NCBI GenBank assembly: GCA_026023565.1
Contig: JAPETS010000004.1
Location: forward strand, 124,001 to 188,000
Source of the DNA: Cirrosporium novae-zelandiae
Taxonomy: Eukaryota
Length of the DNA stretch: 64,000 nt
Direction of reading: 5' to 3'
Shown: positions 1 to 13,748 of the stretch, in pieces
Layout: each line of letters starts with the position of its first letter
Numbering within the stretch: the first letter of the stretch is position 1
The notes under the pieces: generated by a model
Told to the model about the DNA's origin: nothing
The model's input: only the letters and a program-made list of their open reading frames with translations
The model's database searches: none
Program-made: the position numbers and the translations under genes

Positions 1-2048
1 AGAAACTCGTGCGGCAGAGATCTTAAGCAAGAGAATTTCTAATTTACACGGTAGGGTACGAAAAATAATATCGGGTTATTGGGATGAACTTGTTTATTTC
101 GACCCTACCACAAAGACGGTTACTATCAACAAGGTTTTAACTGAATCTGGTTCTAAAACTCCCAGCATGAAGCTATCTGATGTTGTAACTACTCTATCGG
201 AACTTGATTTTTTGGACGAAAAACTTGACCTGTTCTGCAAAAGGCTTAAAGATATGGTACTATGGCCCCGAATGGTGGCTACTTCAAATGGTACTTTAGC
301 GGGCGTTCAAGTAGAGCGAGGATTTAAGATCACCGTATCTGGATTATCTGACAGACAAAGCCTTTTGGAACTCATCAAAGATCTAGAATCTATCATTGAA
401 TTGATTGGCAGCAATTTTCCGTTGACCGTAATTGGTCCTATCTCAGAGCGGTTGATGCCTGCAATCTTAGAGAAGCTCAAAGACCAATGGTTATTGCCAA
501 CAGTTCCAACGAAACTCTTTGAAATCCTTGAATTCGAGAAGGTTCTCAATGCTATAAAGAATTTCGCAGATTACTTGAATGTATCTCGTTGGCCGGGAAA
601 GATGGAGTTGGTGGACTGGGTTGAACAACTTCCTCGTATATGGCTCACCAAGAGGAGAGAAAATGCATTGGATCAGGTCCGCGGCCATCTGGCTGCTGGT
701 TTGAAGGACTTTAAGGTCGTCGAACGGACTGAAACCCAAACGGTAACTAGCGGGGGAAGTGACGATTGGGATGCTGGATGGTCTGATGAAGGAGATAATT
801 TGGAGAGGAAGTCTGTTCCTGATAACCAATCTCAGCCTGCCAGCGCTGGCGACGAAGACATTAGTGGTGCCTGGGGTTTTGATGCTGATTCGGAAGATGC
901 TGACCTCCATCCTGGATCAGATGATAAACCAGGGACTGATGAAGATATTGAAGATGCATGGGGATGGGGTGATGAGACTGATGTTCAGGATATTCTAGAA
1001 ACCGAGATATCTCCAAAGCCAGAGCAGACGGGTAAGAGCAATGGAGCCCCCGAAGTTCAGAAGCATACAGAACGTGAAGTTACCCTGAAAGAGACGTTCA
1101 GTATTTCTTCGCTTCCTGAAGAAATCTTTGAAGTAATAACCCAACAAATTAAAGATGCTGAAGCACTTGCTGGACCAGAGTATGCCCTCGAATGTCCCTC
1201 TACTTTTCTATCACTAACATAATTAAAGGTACTCTAGATACCGAGTAGCCTCGGCCTCCACAGGTCTCATCCCCTTACTCCCCCTTATTCTTGCAATGTT
1301 CAAAGCCGTTGCACCCCTCTTCTACGAAACCCACGAAAGTGGTAATATGTACCTGTACAATGATAGCCTGTGGCTCGCGGAGCAACTCCGGACAGCTAAT
1401 CAAACCCCTCATCCTGGCCGTCTAAAGCTCGATCCTGACATCGAAACCCTCGAGAGTTTTGGCAAACTCTCCTATAGCAGAGAAATGGAAACCCAACGGA
1501 TTATCCTCGGCGATTTACTTGATGGTGCTCAAGGTTTCGCTAACTGCACTGAGTCACCTTTCTCTGATGCGTGTGATACGGCGGTAAGTTCTGTAGTCGA
1601 TCGCATTAAACAAATCAACGCGCAATGGACGCCCGTACTTTCGCGTTCAGCGTTGCTGCAGGCAACTGGGTCGCTCCTATCGACAATCGTCAGTAAAATC
1701 CTAGTCGACATCGAGAGCATGGATGACATATCTGAACCGGAATCCCAACGCCTTACCGCCTTCTGCCACCAAATCTCTTTCCTCAACTCCCTTTTCCTCC
1801 GCGAAAAATCCGACATAGACACATCATCTGAGGCCGTGCCCCTTACAGCTGTATACACCCCAAACTGGCTTAAATTCGAGTACCTAGCTACCATTCTTGA
1901 AAGCTCTCTGGTCGATATCAAGGGCTTGTGGGCGGAAGGGTACCTGAAAAACGAGTTTACGGCTGATGAGCTGGTTGATTTGATCAAGGCTTTGTTTGCC
2001 GAGAGCGAACATCGGAAGAAAGCTATCAGGGAGATTAGGGGAAGTTAG
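1..2048 (+). CDS. ZW10: ZW10/Dsl1-family tethering/kinetochore protein, 5'-truncated by the window edge; intron 1180-1228
   Basis: ORFs 167-1222 and 1296-2048 are joined in frame by a GTATGC...CTAAC...AAG intron. The C-terminus WLKFEYLATILESSLVDI..W..G.L..EFTADELVDLIKALFAES matches the ZW10 C-terminal region, and there is an acidic Trp-rich loop (DDWDAGW, AWGFD, AWGWGD). Confidence 0.85.
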
Positions 2049-2687
2049 TGTTGATTGATTGATTGGGAAGGGTATTATGAGGGATGTCTTATATACTATA
2101 CCAGGCCAATAAAATAAATAAGTCATATTTAGTTTTCTGAAGTACATATACTTGCTATACTATGTATGTATTACGAGTATATGTATATCCTAACGATTCC
2201 ATGTGGTAATAGCAATAGAAAATTAATAAGATAAATAGGGGACTATTCTAAATAATCCCATCCATTCCTTATCCATCCAAATACGACATATTCTCAAAGC
2301 CATTAATCAATAGGTGCATGAATAAATCAGTGAATTAATCGAGATCCACTCCATCGTTTTGCTGATAGATAAGTTTAAATAATTAGTTATGCTCATGTTT
2401 TCCATTAATCTATCTATTCCACGGCTGATGTAACTAAGGTAGTTAGATATATAACATGAAAAAAATCTCTAATGCACAAAAGCTAGATCACATATTCCTG
2501 TCACCTTGACCGGGGTCCCTCGGTTTTTAAATGATCCTAGGCCTTTTCCTCCCTAGTCTTGCTTCCTCCTGAAGGCGTGGATAGATAATCCATCCTGAAA
2601 TCTCCTTGTTAACGCCATACGTTTAATGCTTCTCTTCTAGAGAACCCCCCCCCCCCAAAAAGATCTAAATAATAACTCCCACCGAAC

Positions 2688-3975
2688 TTATTTCTTCGCC
2701 ATTGCGCTAAAATCCAACCTCCTCGCAATCTTATCACTCCTTCCTCCGCGATCCTCCTCCACCTCACCCCCTCTCCTCTTCAAATCCTCCCCCATCTTCT
2801 TCTCCGCTCTTTTCCTTGGTAGATTCTCTTTCCTTGTTGGTTTCGGCTCGCTGGTCCACCATGAGTGCTGTAGGACCTGTGTGGCAGTGGCGCGCTTCCG
2901 CGGATCTAGTGTTAGCATTGACATGAGAACGTCAACGCCAAGGGGGCCCGCGGTCCCGAATGTGGCCATGTAGAAATCACGGCCGCGGATGGGGGTGTAG
3001 GTGGATTTGGAGGTGTCTGCTGCGAAGTCGATGAAGTCGGGGAGGGTGGAGACGCCGGGCCAGTTTTCTTCGGTCGGAGTGCCAATCGCCTGGCAGATGA
3101 GTTCGAGCTGGTGCATGTCGGAATTTCCGGCGATGAAGGGGGTTCGGAGGATAAGTTCTGCGAAGACGAGGCCCGTGGACCAGATATCGACTGCGCCGGA
3201 GTAGTAACGTGCGCCGAAAAGGAGTTCTGGGGGACGGTACCATCGTGTGATTACTTGGTGGGTCATTACGCGGTAAGGTTCCGAGAAACTGCGGGCGAGA
3301 CCGAAATCAGCGAGTTTGACTTCCCCGTCAGCCGCGATGAGGAGATTGTTTGGTTTGATGTCACGGTGGAGGACAAAGTTAGAGTGACAGAACCAGACGG
3401 CGCGGCAAAGCATGCCCATCCAGGCTTTTATGTCGGGGGTTCCGTAGCGGACGCCGTCGACATCTTTGATTAGCATCTCTAGGTCACCAAGAGGGAGGTA
3501 CTCAAGGACGAGGTTGAGATTCTGATTTTTCGAGCTATAGACAGCATGTAAAGCAATGATGTTGGGATGAGATAGTTCCTGGAGGAATTTCACTTCGCGA
3601 ATGGCGTCCATGGATAGGCCATCGCGATATTCAGTTTGGACTTTTATTTTCTTGATGGCGACGAGCTTCGAAGGATCGGAAATGACATGCCCGAGGTAGA
3701 CGATGGCGTAGGTACCTTCACCAAGTTTCTTACCTAGGCACTAGGGTTAACAAAAGCATAGAATGTTCTTTATAGATAGGACTACCTTTCTTGTATTTGC
3801 GCTTCGTCTCTTCATTAAGTTGTTCGGCCAAATCATTAACTGGCCGTCCTTCTGCATTGGGAGTCCCGTTTGCTGCCGCTTCTTGTTTGATAGCTGCGAC
3901 TTGTCCTTTCGCTTTCGGAGCTGTGGCTGCGGCTATAGTAGCTGGTGATCGGATAGGTAGTGGTGACACCGCCAT
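2688..3975 (-). CDS. KIN28: TFIIH CTD kinase CDK7/Kin28 (~411 aa); intron 3734-3785
   Basis: Spliced KKLGEGTYA, AIKK, DAIREVKFLQEL, HRDIKPNNLL, DFGLAR, THQVITRWYRPPELLFGA. Confidence 0.93.
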
Positions 3976-4302
3976 GTCGATGATGTTGAGAAGGGTACTG
4001 ACTTGGATGGTTCGTAGGATCTGAATTCACAGAATGCTGAGCTTCATGATTTGCGTTGTCACCCTTCCTTCTAACAAATAAGGCTTTTGGGGGGGGGAAG
4101 AAGGCTAGGTTAGTTGTAGAAAGGACCTAGCTAATGAGGTAGTGATATATTATAATAGTGATGCCTGAGGTGTTGGTACAGTACAAAGGATCCCTCAGAC
4201 AATTAGGTACCAAGGTACTGTACCAGACTGGAGCTAAGTGGAATGCCTAAATTCACTGCCTGAATTGAATGCCTGAATCGAAGACCTCGGGAGCTTCTAT
4301 TT

Positions 4303-4312
4303 ATGACGTCAT
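4303..4312. promoter_or_regulatory. Perfect ATF/CREB-type palindrome ATGACGTCAT in the divergent KIN28/CYP51 promoter
   Basis: Motif seen directly; function inferred from the bZIP consensus TGACGTCA. Confidence 0.4.
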
Positions 4313-4677
4313 CTATTCAAGGTGTCGAGGTGTCCAGGTTGCCAAGCACCCCAAAAATGCCAAGGCAGATGAATGGAAAATCATAATTCTTTCTCGTTCA
4401 ATTAGTGGAGTGGCCTGATTTGGTCTCCAGCTTAGCCGTGGTCGTCCCGCAAGGTTCAGGAACCGGAAACTGTCCTATCGCGAAAAGGCCATATCCAATT
4501 TGGTTTACCACGATATCAAAAAAATGCGCTGATCGGCTTCTTAACTTACCTGACACCAGTAAAGATACGACCTACCAGGTGATTTATACTTCCTCTTCTT
4601 CCCTATGCTCCTCTCCAGCCTTTTCTCACAACAAAAACCCCTCTCTATCATTCAGGAAAAATATTAATAACCAGGTT

Positions 4678-6363
4678 ATGGGACTCCTCTCTACTCTGGC
4701 CGGGCCTATTGCCCAGGCATGTGAAAACAAGCCAACGGCCCTCATTGTGTGTGGCGGACTCACTGCTCTTTTCGTGCTCTTAACTGTCTTGAATATTCTG
4801 AAGCAATTGCTATTCAAGAACAAGAGGGAGCCTCCAATTGTCTTCCATTGGGTACCCTTCATTGGTAGTACTGTTACTTATGGCATGGCCCCATATGACT
4901 TTTTTGATAACTGCAGAAAGAAGGTACTGGGAAAACCCTTTGACATCCTGAACAAGAATTGTGCTAACATATCCCTAGTATGGTGATGTATTTACCTTTA
5001 TTCTTCTCGGCAAGAAGACCACTGTATACCTAGGAACAGCTGGAAACAACTTCATTCTTAATGGAAAGCTCAAGGATGTCAATGCAGAGGATATATACGG
5101 TCCATTGACCACACCCGTTTTCGGACACGATGTAGTCTACGACTGCCCAAATTCCAAACTCATGGAACAGAAGAAATTTATCAAGTTTGGTCTCAGCGCT
5201 GACGCTCTCCGATCATATGTACCCCTCATCGCCGGTGAACTCCAAAGCTATATTGATGATGCAAAGCCGTTCCAGGGTCGCAAAGGTACCATAGATGTTG
5301 CTCATTCCATGGCTGAAATTACGATTTATACCGCTTCTCGTTCACTACAAGGCAAAGAAGTCCGTGAAAGATTCGATTCTACATTCGCCGATCTTTATGC
5401 AGATCTCGACAATGGCTTCCAGCCAATTAACTTTATGCTTCCATGGGCTCCCCTTCCAGTTAACAAGAGACGAGATCGTGCGCAACAGAAAATGACCCAA
5501 GTTTACATGGACATTATCAAGGAGCGACGTAAGCCAGGTGCCACAAAAGGCGACACCGATATGATCTGGAATTTGATGGGCTCAATTTACAAGAATGGAG
5601 TTGAAATCCCAGATGAGGAAATTGCCCACATGATGATTGCTCTTCTAATGGCTGGTCAACACTCGTCTGCTGCTACTGGTGCTTACATGATTCTCCGTAT
5701 CGCCAGTCGCCCGGACATTATTGAGGATCTCTACCAAGAACAGCTATCTGCCCTTGGCAATCCTCTACCACCACTCACGTTCGACCACCTCCAGAAGCTT
5801 CCTCTCCACAACCAAACCATCAAGGAAACACTTCGTCTTCATGCCCCAATCCACTCTATCATGCGTGCCGTCAAGTCCGACATGCCCGTTCCAGGAACTG
5901 CATACGTTGTACCAAAAGGCCATACTCTCCTTGCTGCCCCTGGTGTAAGCGCTCGTGATGCTATGCATTTTAAGGACCCCATGCGCTGGGAACCACATCG
6001 ATGGGATAACGGTGCTCAAGATCATCATCTCAGAGCCGACGATGAGGAGAAGGTTGACTACGGGTTCGGAGAAATTAGCAAAGGTGGACATTCTCCATAT
6101 CTACCTTTTGGAGCCGGCCGACATAGGTGTATCGGGGAGCAATTTGCCTACGTACAACTTGGGGCAATTTTGGCTACCTTTGTTAGGAATATGACGCTTA
6201 GGAATCTTGATGGCTCAGACAAGGTTGTAGACACTGATTTCTCGGTAAGTTATCATCGATATCATGAGCCCGTCCATTAAGATGTACTAACATCTTTTAG
6301 TCTCTTTTTGCCAAACCACTTACCCCTGCTATTGTGGAGTGGGAGAAGAGAGAAAAGAAATAA
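4678..6363 (+). CDS. cyp51B: Sterol 14-alpha-demethylase, CYP51B type (~524 aa); introns 4924-4978 and 6245-6300
   Basis: [41 protein letters not shown] (Ala in the I-helix = B type), ETLRLH, heme motif [10 protein letters not shown]. Confidence 0.97.
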
Positions 6364-8374
6364 ATACGATAATTCCAAGAACCGACTTTGGTTGTAGTAG
6401 CTCAACATTCCAGGATGGATACTGACGATGACACGAGCCCCTCGAGATAAAAATCAAAGCAACTACCAGATACAATGCAAGCAAGGTGGAACTCCTTAAT
6501 GCTTTCAAACTTGAACATGGTGGCTGCATTGATATGCATCGCTTGTACATAGAACAAGGGGGAAGTCTTTCTAGATTACTACCTTAGATACCTTACTAGA
6601 TGGATGAAACCCTAACTGATAAAAAGTTTCAATGATGTTGCGATATTCACTTTTCAAAAAGCTGCCAGTGTATCTAAAGTAGTCACTAGAGAAAGCTCAC
6701 ATGCATGATTCATATACTTTTTCTTTACGGACAAGGCTTGAGGCCAAATGTTAATTATTGTAAATTACCATTTTGCCTTTGGTATTTTTATATGTTTATT
6801 GTGCCAAAATATTTTTAGTTGTCTTGACCTAGATACCTAATCTTTAGACAACAAAGCCCCGGAGTTGGTACGGCGACCTAATAATGATGATTTTCAGTAA
6901 GTTTCACGAACTTTCATTCTTTGTGTGATCATGCTGCGAACATGCTCATAGGCAATGAAAGTTTAGACGCTACAAGAAGCAACACCCCTTTAAGTTGCAC
7001 TCCTTTTTGCAATGCCCTAAGGGCCTAGCCTATCAGGTGACTTCGCTTCTTTTATAATTAACTTCTATCCCCACAACCAGACTTCAGTTTCCAGACTTTA
7101 GTTTCCAGACTTCTGTGTTCCAACAGATAAGTACCGGCTTTGATTGAGAAGCGAATAATGACCACTGTGGTCTGCAGTCTCGAGAAAATTAGCGATGATA
7201 AATTCCATCCATATATTCTAGGAATCATCTCACAAACATATCTAACCCCCCTAAACGCTCGGTCTAAGCTATGCAACATGATGCTGATGGCATTACGTCT
7301 TGACGTCTTAGGTCCACACATGGTTCGGATTCCAAATTCCTGCTTTGGATAGCTTTAAAGATTCATACCCTAACCTGGATTTTCTGAGGCTTATGTGAAG
7401 ATATGGACCGCCGTCAATGTTAGTGAAATAGTCTATAAAATGGCTCCCCAACGCTGTTTCTCCCTTCCCTCGCCAAACTATTATATGAATTTCTTCATGG
7501 TGGGACAAATTATGATCGGAAATGATGAACTGGTTGCAATCCAACTCTGAAACATGAAGTTGAGAATAAATAACCTTCTCTGATCTGACCTTGTCTTTAA
7601 CTATGTCTAAATCATAGGATCGTCTGAAGGAGTCTTGCTAACCAGCGTTGAATTACTTACTCGCTTACACAATATGCAGAAAGAAACCCTATGAAGCCGT
7701 CATTTATAAAAAGTACATTGGTTTAGGAAGCGAAATAATCGTAGTTTTATGGGCTGTGTGGAGCAAAACTAAACTCCAAACTGGGGTACATACGATGGGT
7801 CCTAAGCCCTTTGTACTCCTAACTCTTAAGAGCTTTCGAATTTATATTAGAACTTAATCTTCACTAAAGATATCACCTGAGCGAGCTACGGTATAGAGAG
7901 TTAAAGACATGCACTCATCTTCAATCAAAACCGTTTTTTGAGAGCGAGTGGAATATCATATGGACACAAGCTTTACTGAGTATTTGGTACCTACAGACTT
8001 TTGTTTCATAATTACAAAATAGAATTTTGGGTTAGTACTATTTTTAAGTACGTGTGCGCGGATAGGAGAGCGATAGCGAGAGCAAGAGCAAAATAGAAAT
8101 GGCCTGGAAATATGGCCGTGCTGTGAATAAAGACTCCAAATCTACCACGATAACTAGTAACACAAGTCATGACGCAAACCCTTCAAAGGACCACTGGCAA
8201 CTAGACACAAAAAGAAAAGACCATTTATTCTTTTCCACCCGCCCTTGAATGCATGTAATAACACGCAATGCTCGCTTGCTCCAAGAACATCCGCCCAACC
8301 GCCCCATGTGTCACTCAATCAAGCAAAAGAACCTTCTTTGCTAACAGACTATTGTCTGATGCCATCACCATCAT

Positions 8375-11300
8375 CTAGAAAGCACTAAACCCTGTAGGTT
8401 GAGGTTTAATCCCATTTGTCTGTCCGAACCCCATTGGTGCAGGGCTGCCGGTGCTTGGTCCTTGTGTGAGCATGAGCCTACTGCCTCCTAGAATCGGTGT
8501 ATTGTCCTCTTCTTGCTTGCTGGAAGCTTCTCTTGCCTTACGCTCTTCGTTGTCCTTCTTCAAGACCTCAATAGCGGATGCTTGTTCCGACATGAAGTTG
8601 ATCATGAATGGCATAGTGAAGTCGGTGAGCTGATGACGCCACGAAAGTTCCATCACAACATGAAGAGGGATGAGGTCGTAACAAGTGTAGAGCATAGCCA
8701 CATAGCATTCACGACTACCAATGTCGACAAACTTGAGAAAAAGTTAGTTGGGATTTCTCACAAAATAGTGAAGATCACTTAAAGTAACTTACATATCGAA
8801 GGAGCTCTTCCACTACGTCTGGCTTACTGGAGATAGCTGCAGTCTCAATGGCATCTTTGAAGAGCTTATCTTGCTTCGACAAAGCAATAGATTTCTGCCA
8901 TCTCTTGTTCTTCCGATAGATGCTTGCAGCAATTTGTCGGAAGAAAACAAGGTCATGTTTCTCAAGCCTCGACGCAAGATCAGTGGGGTCGTAATTGTCA
9001 AAGTTCTCAACAGAGTCACGGAGAGTCTTGTAGTCTTCCTCTTCAATCAATAAGTCATTAATAGCGTCATTAACAGCTCTCTTGTTCTGCCCTTGCACAC
9101 TCAAGAGAAATGGCTTGATCAGTGGAATATTGTCAGACTTCCCGAACATTCTTACAACACGGTTGACATCGATTCTTGGGGTGAGAGCCTGGAGGAGATC
9201 AGGTAGTAAGGATGGCTGCTCTTGCAGGTAAAAATTGAGAGAACGGTAGTATATTTCCAGATTAGCCACCTTAACGACGATATCCTTGAACGAGTGATGC
9301 TCCCAAGCATCTGATGCTCTTTCCATCATTGCCAAAGCAGCATTATCCCATTCGTCGTAGTGGCAGTACAGGAAAATGAGTTCGGGCCAGAGATGGGCTT
9401 CTTCGCATGCGCGAATCATCTTCGGAATATTGATACGTGACCAGAAGATCTTCAAGTGCTCCATGACACGCTCGGGATGGTATTTAGATAAGGCAATACC
9501 TAGTTCCGTGAACATTCCCATGTGAGCACGCTCAAGACCCAGACCAGATTCCAAGACAGAGATAAGTTCATCAAAATATCCATTTCGCTCATACTGCTTG
9601 ACCAGTTCCTGAAGTTCCTCGGCATGAACGATAAGGTTGAGACCACAGATCTGAGCGAGTCGGAATTCCTTCTTGTCGATGCAAGCCTCGTTGACCTGCT
9701 TCCAGACCTTGACGCTGTTGGCTTTCCTAGCACATTCGACGGCTGCTTGATAGTCTTCGAGGTGCACAAGAGTAGTGGCAAGTTTAGCCCAGTTAGAGAT
9801 GCTGGTGAAGAAGATTTTGGCAGCTTGGTGATAGCCCTCTTCGTAGGCCTTGTCACCAGAGGCTTCTATGTCAGCAACATTAGTGCTTCGAAGGAAGTCT
9901 TCGAGTTCGGCCAGTTGATCTGTTCGGGCATAGCAAAAAGCGAGTCCTGTATCGATAGGAGGCTCTCGAAGAGTCTTGCGAGCCATCTTGAGGAATTTGA
10001 TGAGCTCCTCATCTTTCCCGGCATGAGTAGCAATCTCAATGACCTCTTCGTAGTTGCTTGGATCCTGAGCACGAATGTAAGACTCAATAGCATCGGAAAC
10101 CCGCAGACCATCTAATTGTGCTTTGGCAACCTTACTCCAAACCTCAGGTAGATCAACCTTATCAGCATATTCCTGTGCACGGTCGATGCTGACAATATTC
10201 TCCACAAGGACATTGGTAGCAGCAACATGGTTTGTGACCTTCTTGTAGATCTCAAAGGCCTCCTCGTATAAGCCAACCGAAATACACATGCCAGCAATCT
10301 CATCTGGATCAAAGGCAGACAAGTCGCTGATATAACCCATGACCTTTCCTTTGTCGGACTTAGCAGCTGTGAGCATGAGGAGATTTTGCAGACTTGGGTT
10401 ATCACTGAAAGGCGACGGTTCAAGCACAATCTTCTCTAAAAGCTCTATCAACTCGGACGGAAGGTCGGCTTGTAAGAAGGAGCTGACGGCTAGGGATACC
10501 TTATCAGGCTCAGTAGACTCAGGAACGGCTGTGGCAATTACTTGGTCGATGACACTGCGGCGATGAATGTTGTTTGGGTTTAGAACGAAAGCCCAAATTT
10601 CAGCATCAGCCCGCTCCAATAGATACCTAGCTTGGGCCCGGAACATGGCATTTTCATTGGTAACATTAATAAGCTCCAGGTCATTCTGGCCTTTGCGGTA
10701 GGCGATGAATGCGAGGTTGGGATCACGCTTCTCGCAGTATTTGCCGACCGTAAGGGTATCATAAAGGTCATTCTCTTTGAGAAACTTCTCGGGATCATTA
10801 TTGCTATCGATATAAATCTTGGCAAGCGCATTATAGACAGCCTGCTGTTGGTTCCCGCTCTGGAGTGTAGCTTCAAGGAATGGAAGAAGTATCTTGAGTC
10901 TATTTCGGGACTCTACCTCAGAGACAAGCTCATCAATCGGTATTGAGGCAGGGTTGACGGAACTAAGCAAGTTTTTAATGATAGATTCCTCACAATCGAC
11001 ATCGAGCAAGCCGCCAATTACTCCAGGAGTCCTTGATGGGTTGACCCTCTGAACATAAACCTCGATTGACTTGAACTGCTGGTTTTGGTAAAGATAGAGA
11101 ACAAGATCATGGACAAAGTTGTATCTGTCGCAGACAATAATCAAAGGCAACTGCTCAGCAAGATGTGCCTCTTTGAGAAAATTCTTGACCTTCTCAGGAT
11201 TGTAGTGATTGCTGTCTCGACAGATACGTTCCACTTCGTTGAATTGACTCATCTTGGTTGCGGCTTCAATATACTTGAAATGGACATCTGGATCTTCACT

Positions 11301-13748
11301 GAGATTCACAATGCTTCCTAGGTAGTAATATAGACCCTCAGCAGTGCGATACTTTTCAAACAGATCGATCAACCGGGTGGGGCCAAGCAAGTCAGAGAAC
11401 TTAGTGGCAATCTGAACCGCGGCCTGGAGGTTCTGTCGGATGTTTACTTTCAGCATCTCGTTAAGACAATCCAAGGTTTCCTCAACGCTCAGATTTGAGA
11501 CGAAAGTTGCGAGCCATTCCGCGTTCAATTTGTCAGTGTGGACAATGATACGTTTTCTGACTGCAGGATCTTCGGTATTCTCAAGCGCGCGCTGATACAA
11601 GCCGGCATTCTCGCAGAGTTGAGAAATGCGTGATTTGTCGTAGTAAGTAAACATATTGTTTCCAAGGATTGCATCGGCGACTTGAGGAGCGTTGAGAAGG
11701 TTCATTTCTAGTAATCTTGTTTGTAAATGGCCCTGTTCCTCTTTGTTGGGCGCTAGAACATCCAAGAGAAACGCCGTAGCTTGCTGGATCATATTTTGAG
11801 ATAAAAAGACATCAACGACACGGTCAATATCCACAAGTGCCCCATTATCTTCATTGGCCAGCTGGGAGGCAAACTCAGCACCCTTTTCAGGGTTAATCCG
11901 TACAATGCTTTGAAGAAGATTTGTGAAATCTGTTTGAAATCCAACTTGCTTAGCATATGGTAGAATCTTATCAGTTTGCCCGGTTTCTGCAAGGCCTGCA
12001 ATGACCTTTTGGGGAACCTCGGCACGCTGGAAAATAGTCAGGGCCAATGCCACATCATGTGGCCGCACGAGGTCACCAAGCTCTTCGCTGCACTCGATCT
12101 TGTTCTCGGTGAGCCACTTCTCTAGCAGGTGCTTCCGATTTTGTTGCATGACTGGACGAACAAGCTCAATACTTTCATACTTGTTCAGTTGTCCCTTGTC
12201 GAGAAGCATGCCAAAGTATTGCAGGATAACCGAGAGTTGTCCCGGCTGCTGAGGTATAGCTTTGAACCGCTCAATCGTCTGAGGGGTCCGGAGGAATCCT
12301 CGAGGCGAGTTTGCGGCTACCTTTGCAGCTTCTTGATAATTTTGAGAAGCTATGAGCTGGTCAAATTGTTGCTGATATAAATGATCTGCTCCAGGCAGTC
12401 CAGCTCGAGCGGCAAGCTTGATAGCAAGAGCGGCATTTGCGGTGTTGCTCATCAAGTAAGGAATTATAGTCTCTTCGTTAATGCTCACTGCCAATACCTG
12501 ACCCTTGCGATTAACACCCACAATACCAGTCCCGTCTGTTTCTGCTGCCGTTGTGAATATGGTGTCGCTTGATATCCTGTTGACGAAAATATTGGTTGCG
12601 GTCTCTATGTCGTAGATATGAATGAAACCATATTTTGTCACAAGGTAGATGACCCCATATTTCTTCGAAACCTGCATCGCAACTGGGAAATCATCTTTGG
12701 CTTCGGCAGGGAAGTAGATATCAACCTGTTTTTTTGGGAAAACTGGGTTTGGTTCTTGGTGATCTATTTCCACAATGTGAAGCCTCGACGCAGTTGCTGA
12801 CCGCACGGCGAATGTAAATAGTTTCGAATCTGCAGTGGCACCATCGAGTCTGTATGTTGCAAAGGCCGCAGCGTGTCCCTCGATTGACTGGCTGATACCT
12901 CGATCCTTAGAATAGAGTTGCATCGAACCAACAACGCGCCCCTGTTGCTGAGAAATTCCAACTATGACCATCCATTTCCCATCATCGCTGACCCGATAGT
13001 TGATAATTTGGCAACCCTATAGAATTAAAAAGTCAGTAGATCCTCGTGCTTGAATTTCTCGGCTTTCCCTTACACTCAAATTGGCGCTTCTATCAAACAT
13101 TTTTTGAGGCGCAATCGCTGTTGAGTCGTAGACGTTCCAATGATAGACAGATGTATCTGTTACAAGGCCTAAGCTCGTTTCACTGAACCATTTCCAGTAT
13201 ACCACATCTTCGTTCATCGTTGTAGACTTCAGTTTGACTTTCTGGCCCAGGTCGAAAATTTGAAGTGTCCTTTGCTGAGCTTTAAGGGCAATAACCTGCT
13301 TGTTCCAATGCATGATGGCACTGTCGGCCTTGATAGGCCGTTTCATGACTTCATCTGGATTTTGAAGGTTGATGATGATGACTTCCGGAGAGGCATCTTC
13401 GGAAAGCTTCTGCCGAACGCAGATATATTGATCGGATTCTAATGTCTGATGGAGAAGTTAGTAATGAGTCCTTGGGGGGTTCTGAGTTTTCCATGACTTA
13501 CACATGAGTTGAAGCCAATGGATTGTGGCTGTAGTTATTGATAGTCAGTAATTGCGGCTTGCATATTTCCCCGTCGGTTTCTGCCTGGGAGATTGGGGGA
13601 AGTGCATCTGATAGAACGTACAGCGACACCTTTGGCAGTTAACTAAAAGGTCAAGACATTAGTTACACGTTATACTAGACGGATTTGACCTGAATCTTAC
13701 CTGAAGGAGCTCAGTGAACTTGATCGGCAAGGGAGCATTAGCGGCCAT
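8375..13748 (-). CDS. CHC1: Clathrin heavy chain (~1682 aa); exons 13701-13748, 13622-13642, 13502-13528, 13074-13445, 8793-13016, 8375-8731
   Basis: N-terminus MAANAPLPIKFTELLQL..IGFNSCTLESD, RPIKADSAIMH, GSMQLYS, and CHC repeats. All introns are GT-AG and restore frame. Confidence 0.98.

Noticed and set aside
740..980. Acidic Trp-repeat loop in ZW10 as a novel motif
   Set aside because: Corresponds to the known COPI-binding lasso of Dsl1-type proteins
4405..4677. N-terminal extension of CYP51 in the ORF track
   Set aside because: Begins at a non-ATG codon; ATG 4678 gives the normal CYP51B N-terminus with its membrane anchor
6600..8100. Short ORFs and a 3x CCAGACTT repeat between CYP51 and CHC1
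   Set aside because: No recognisable motif, mostly non-ATG starts, no convincing splice structure
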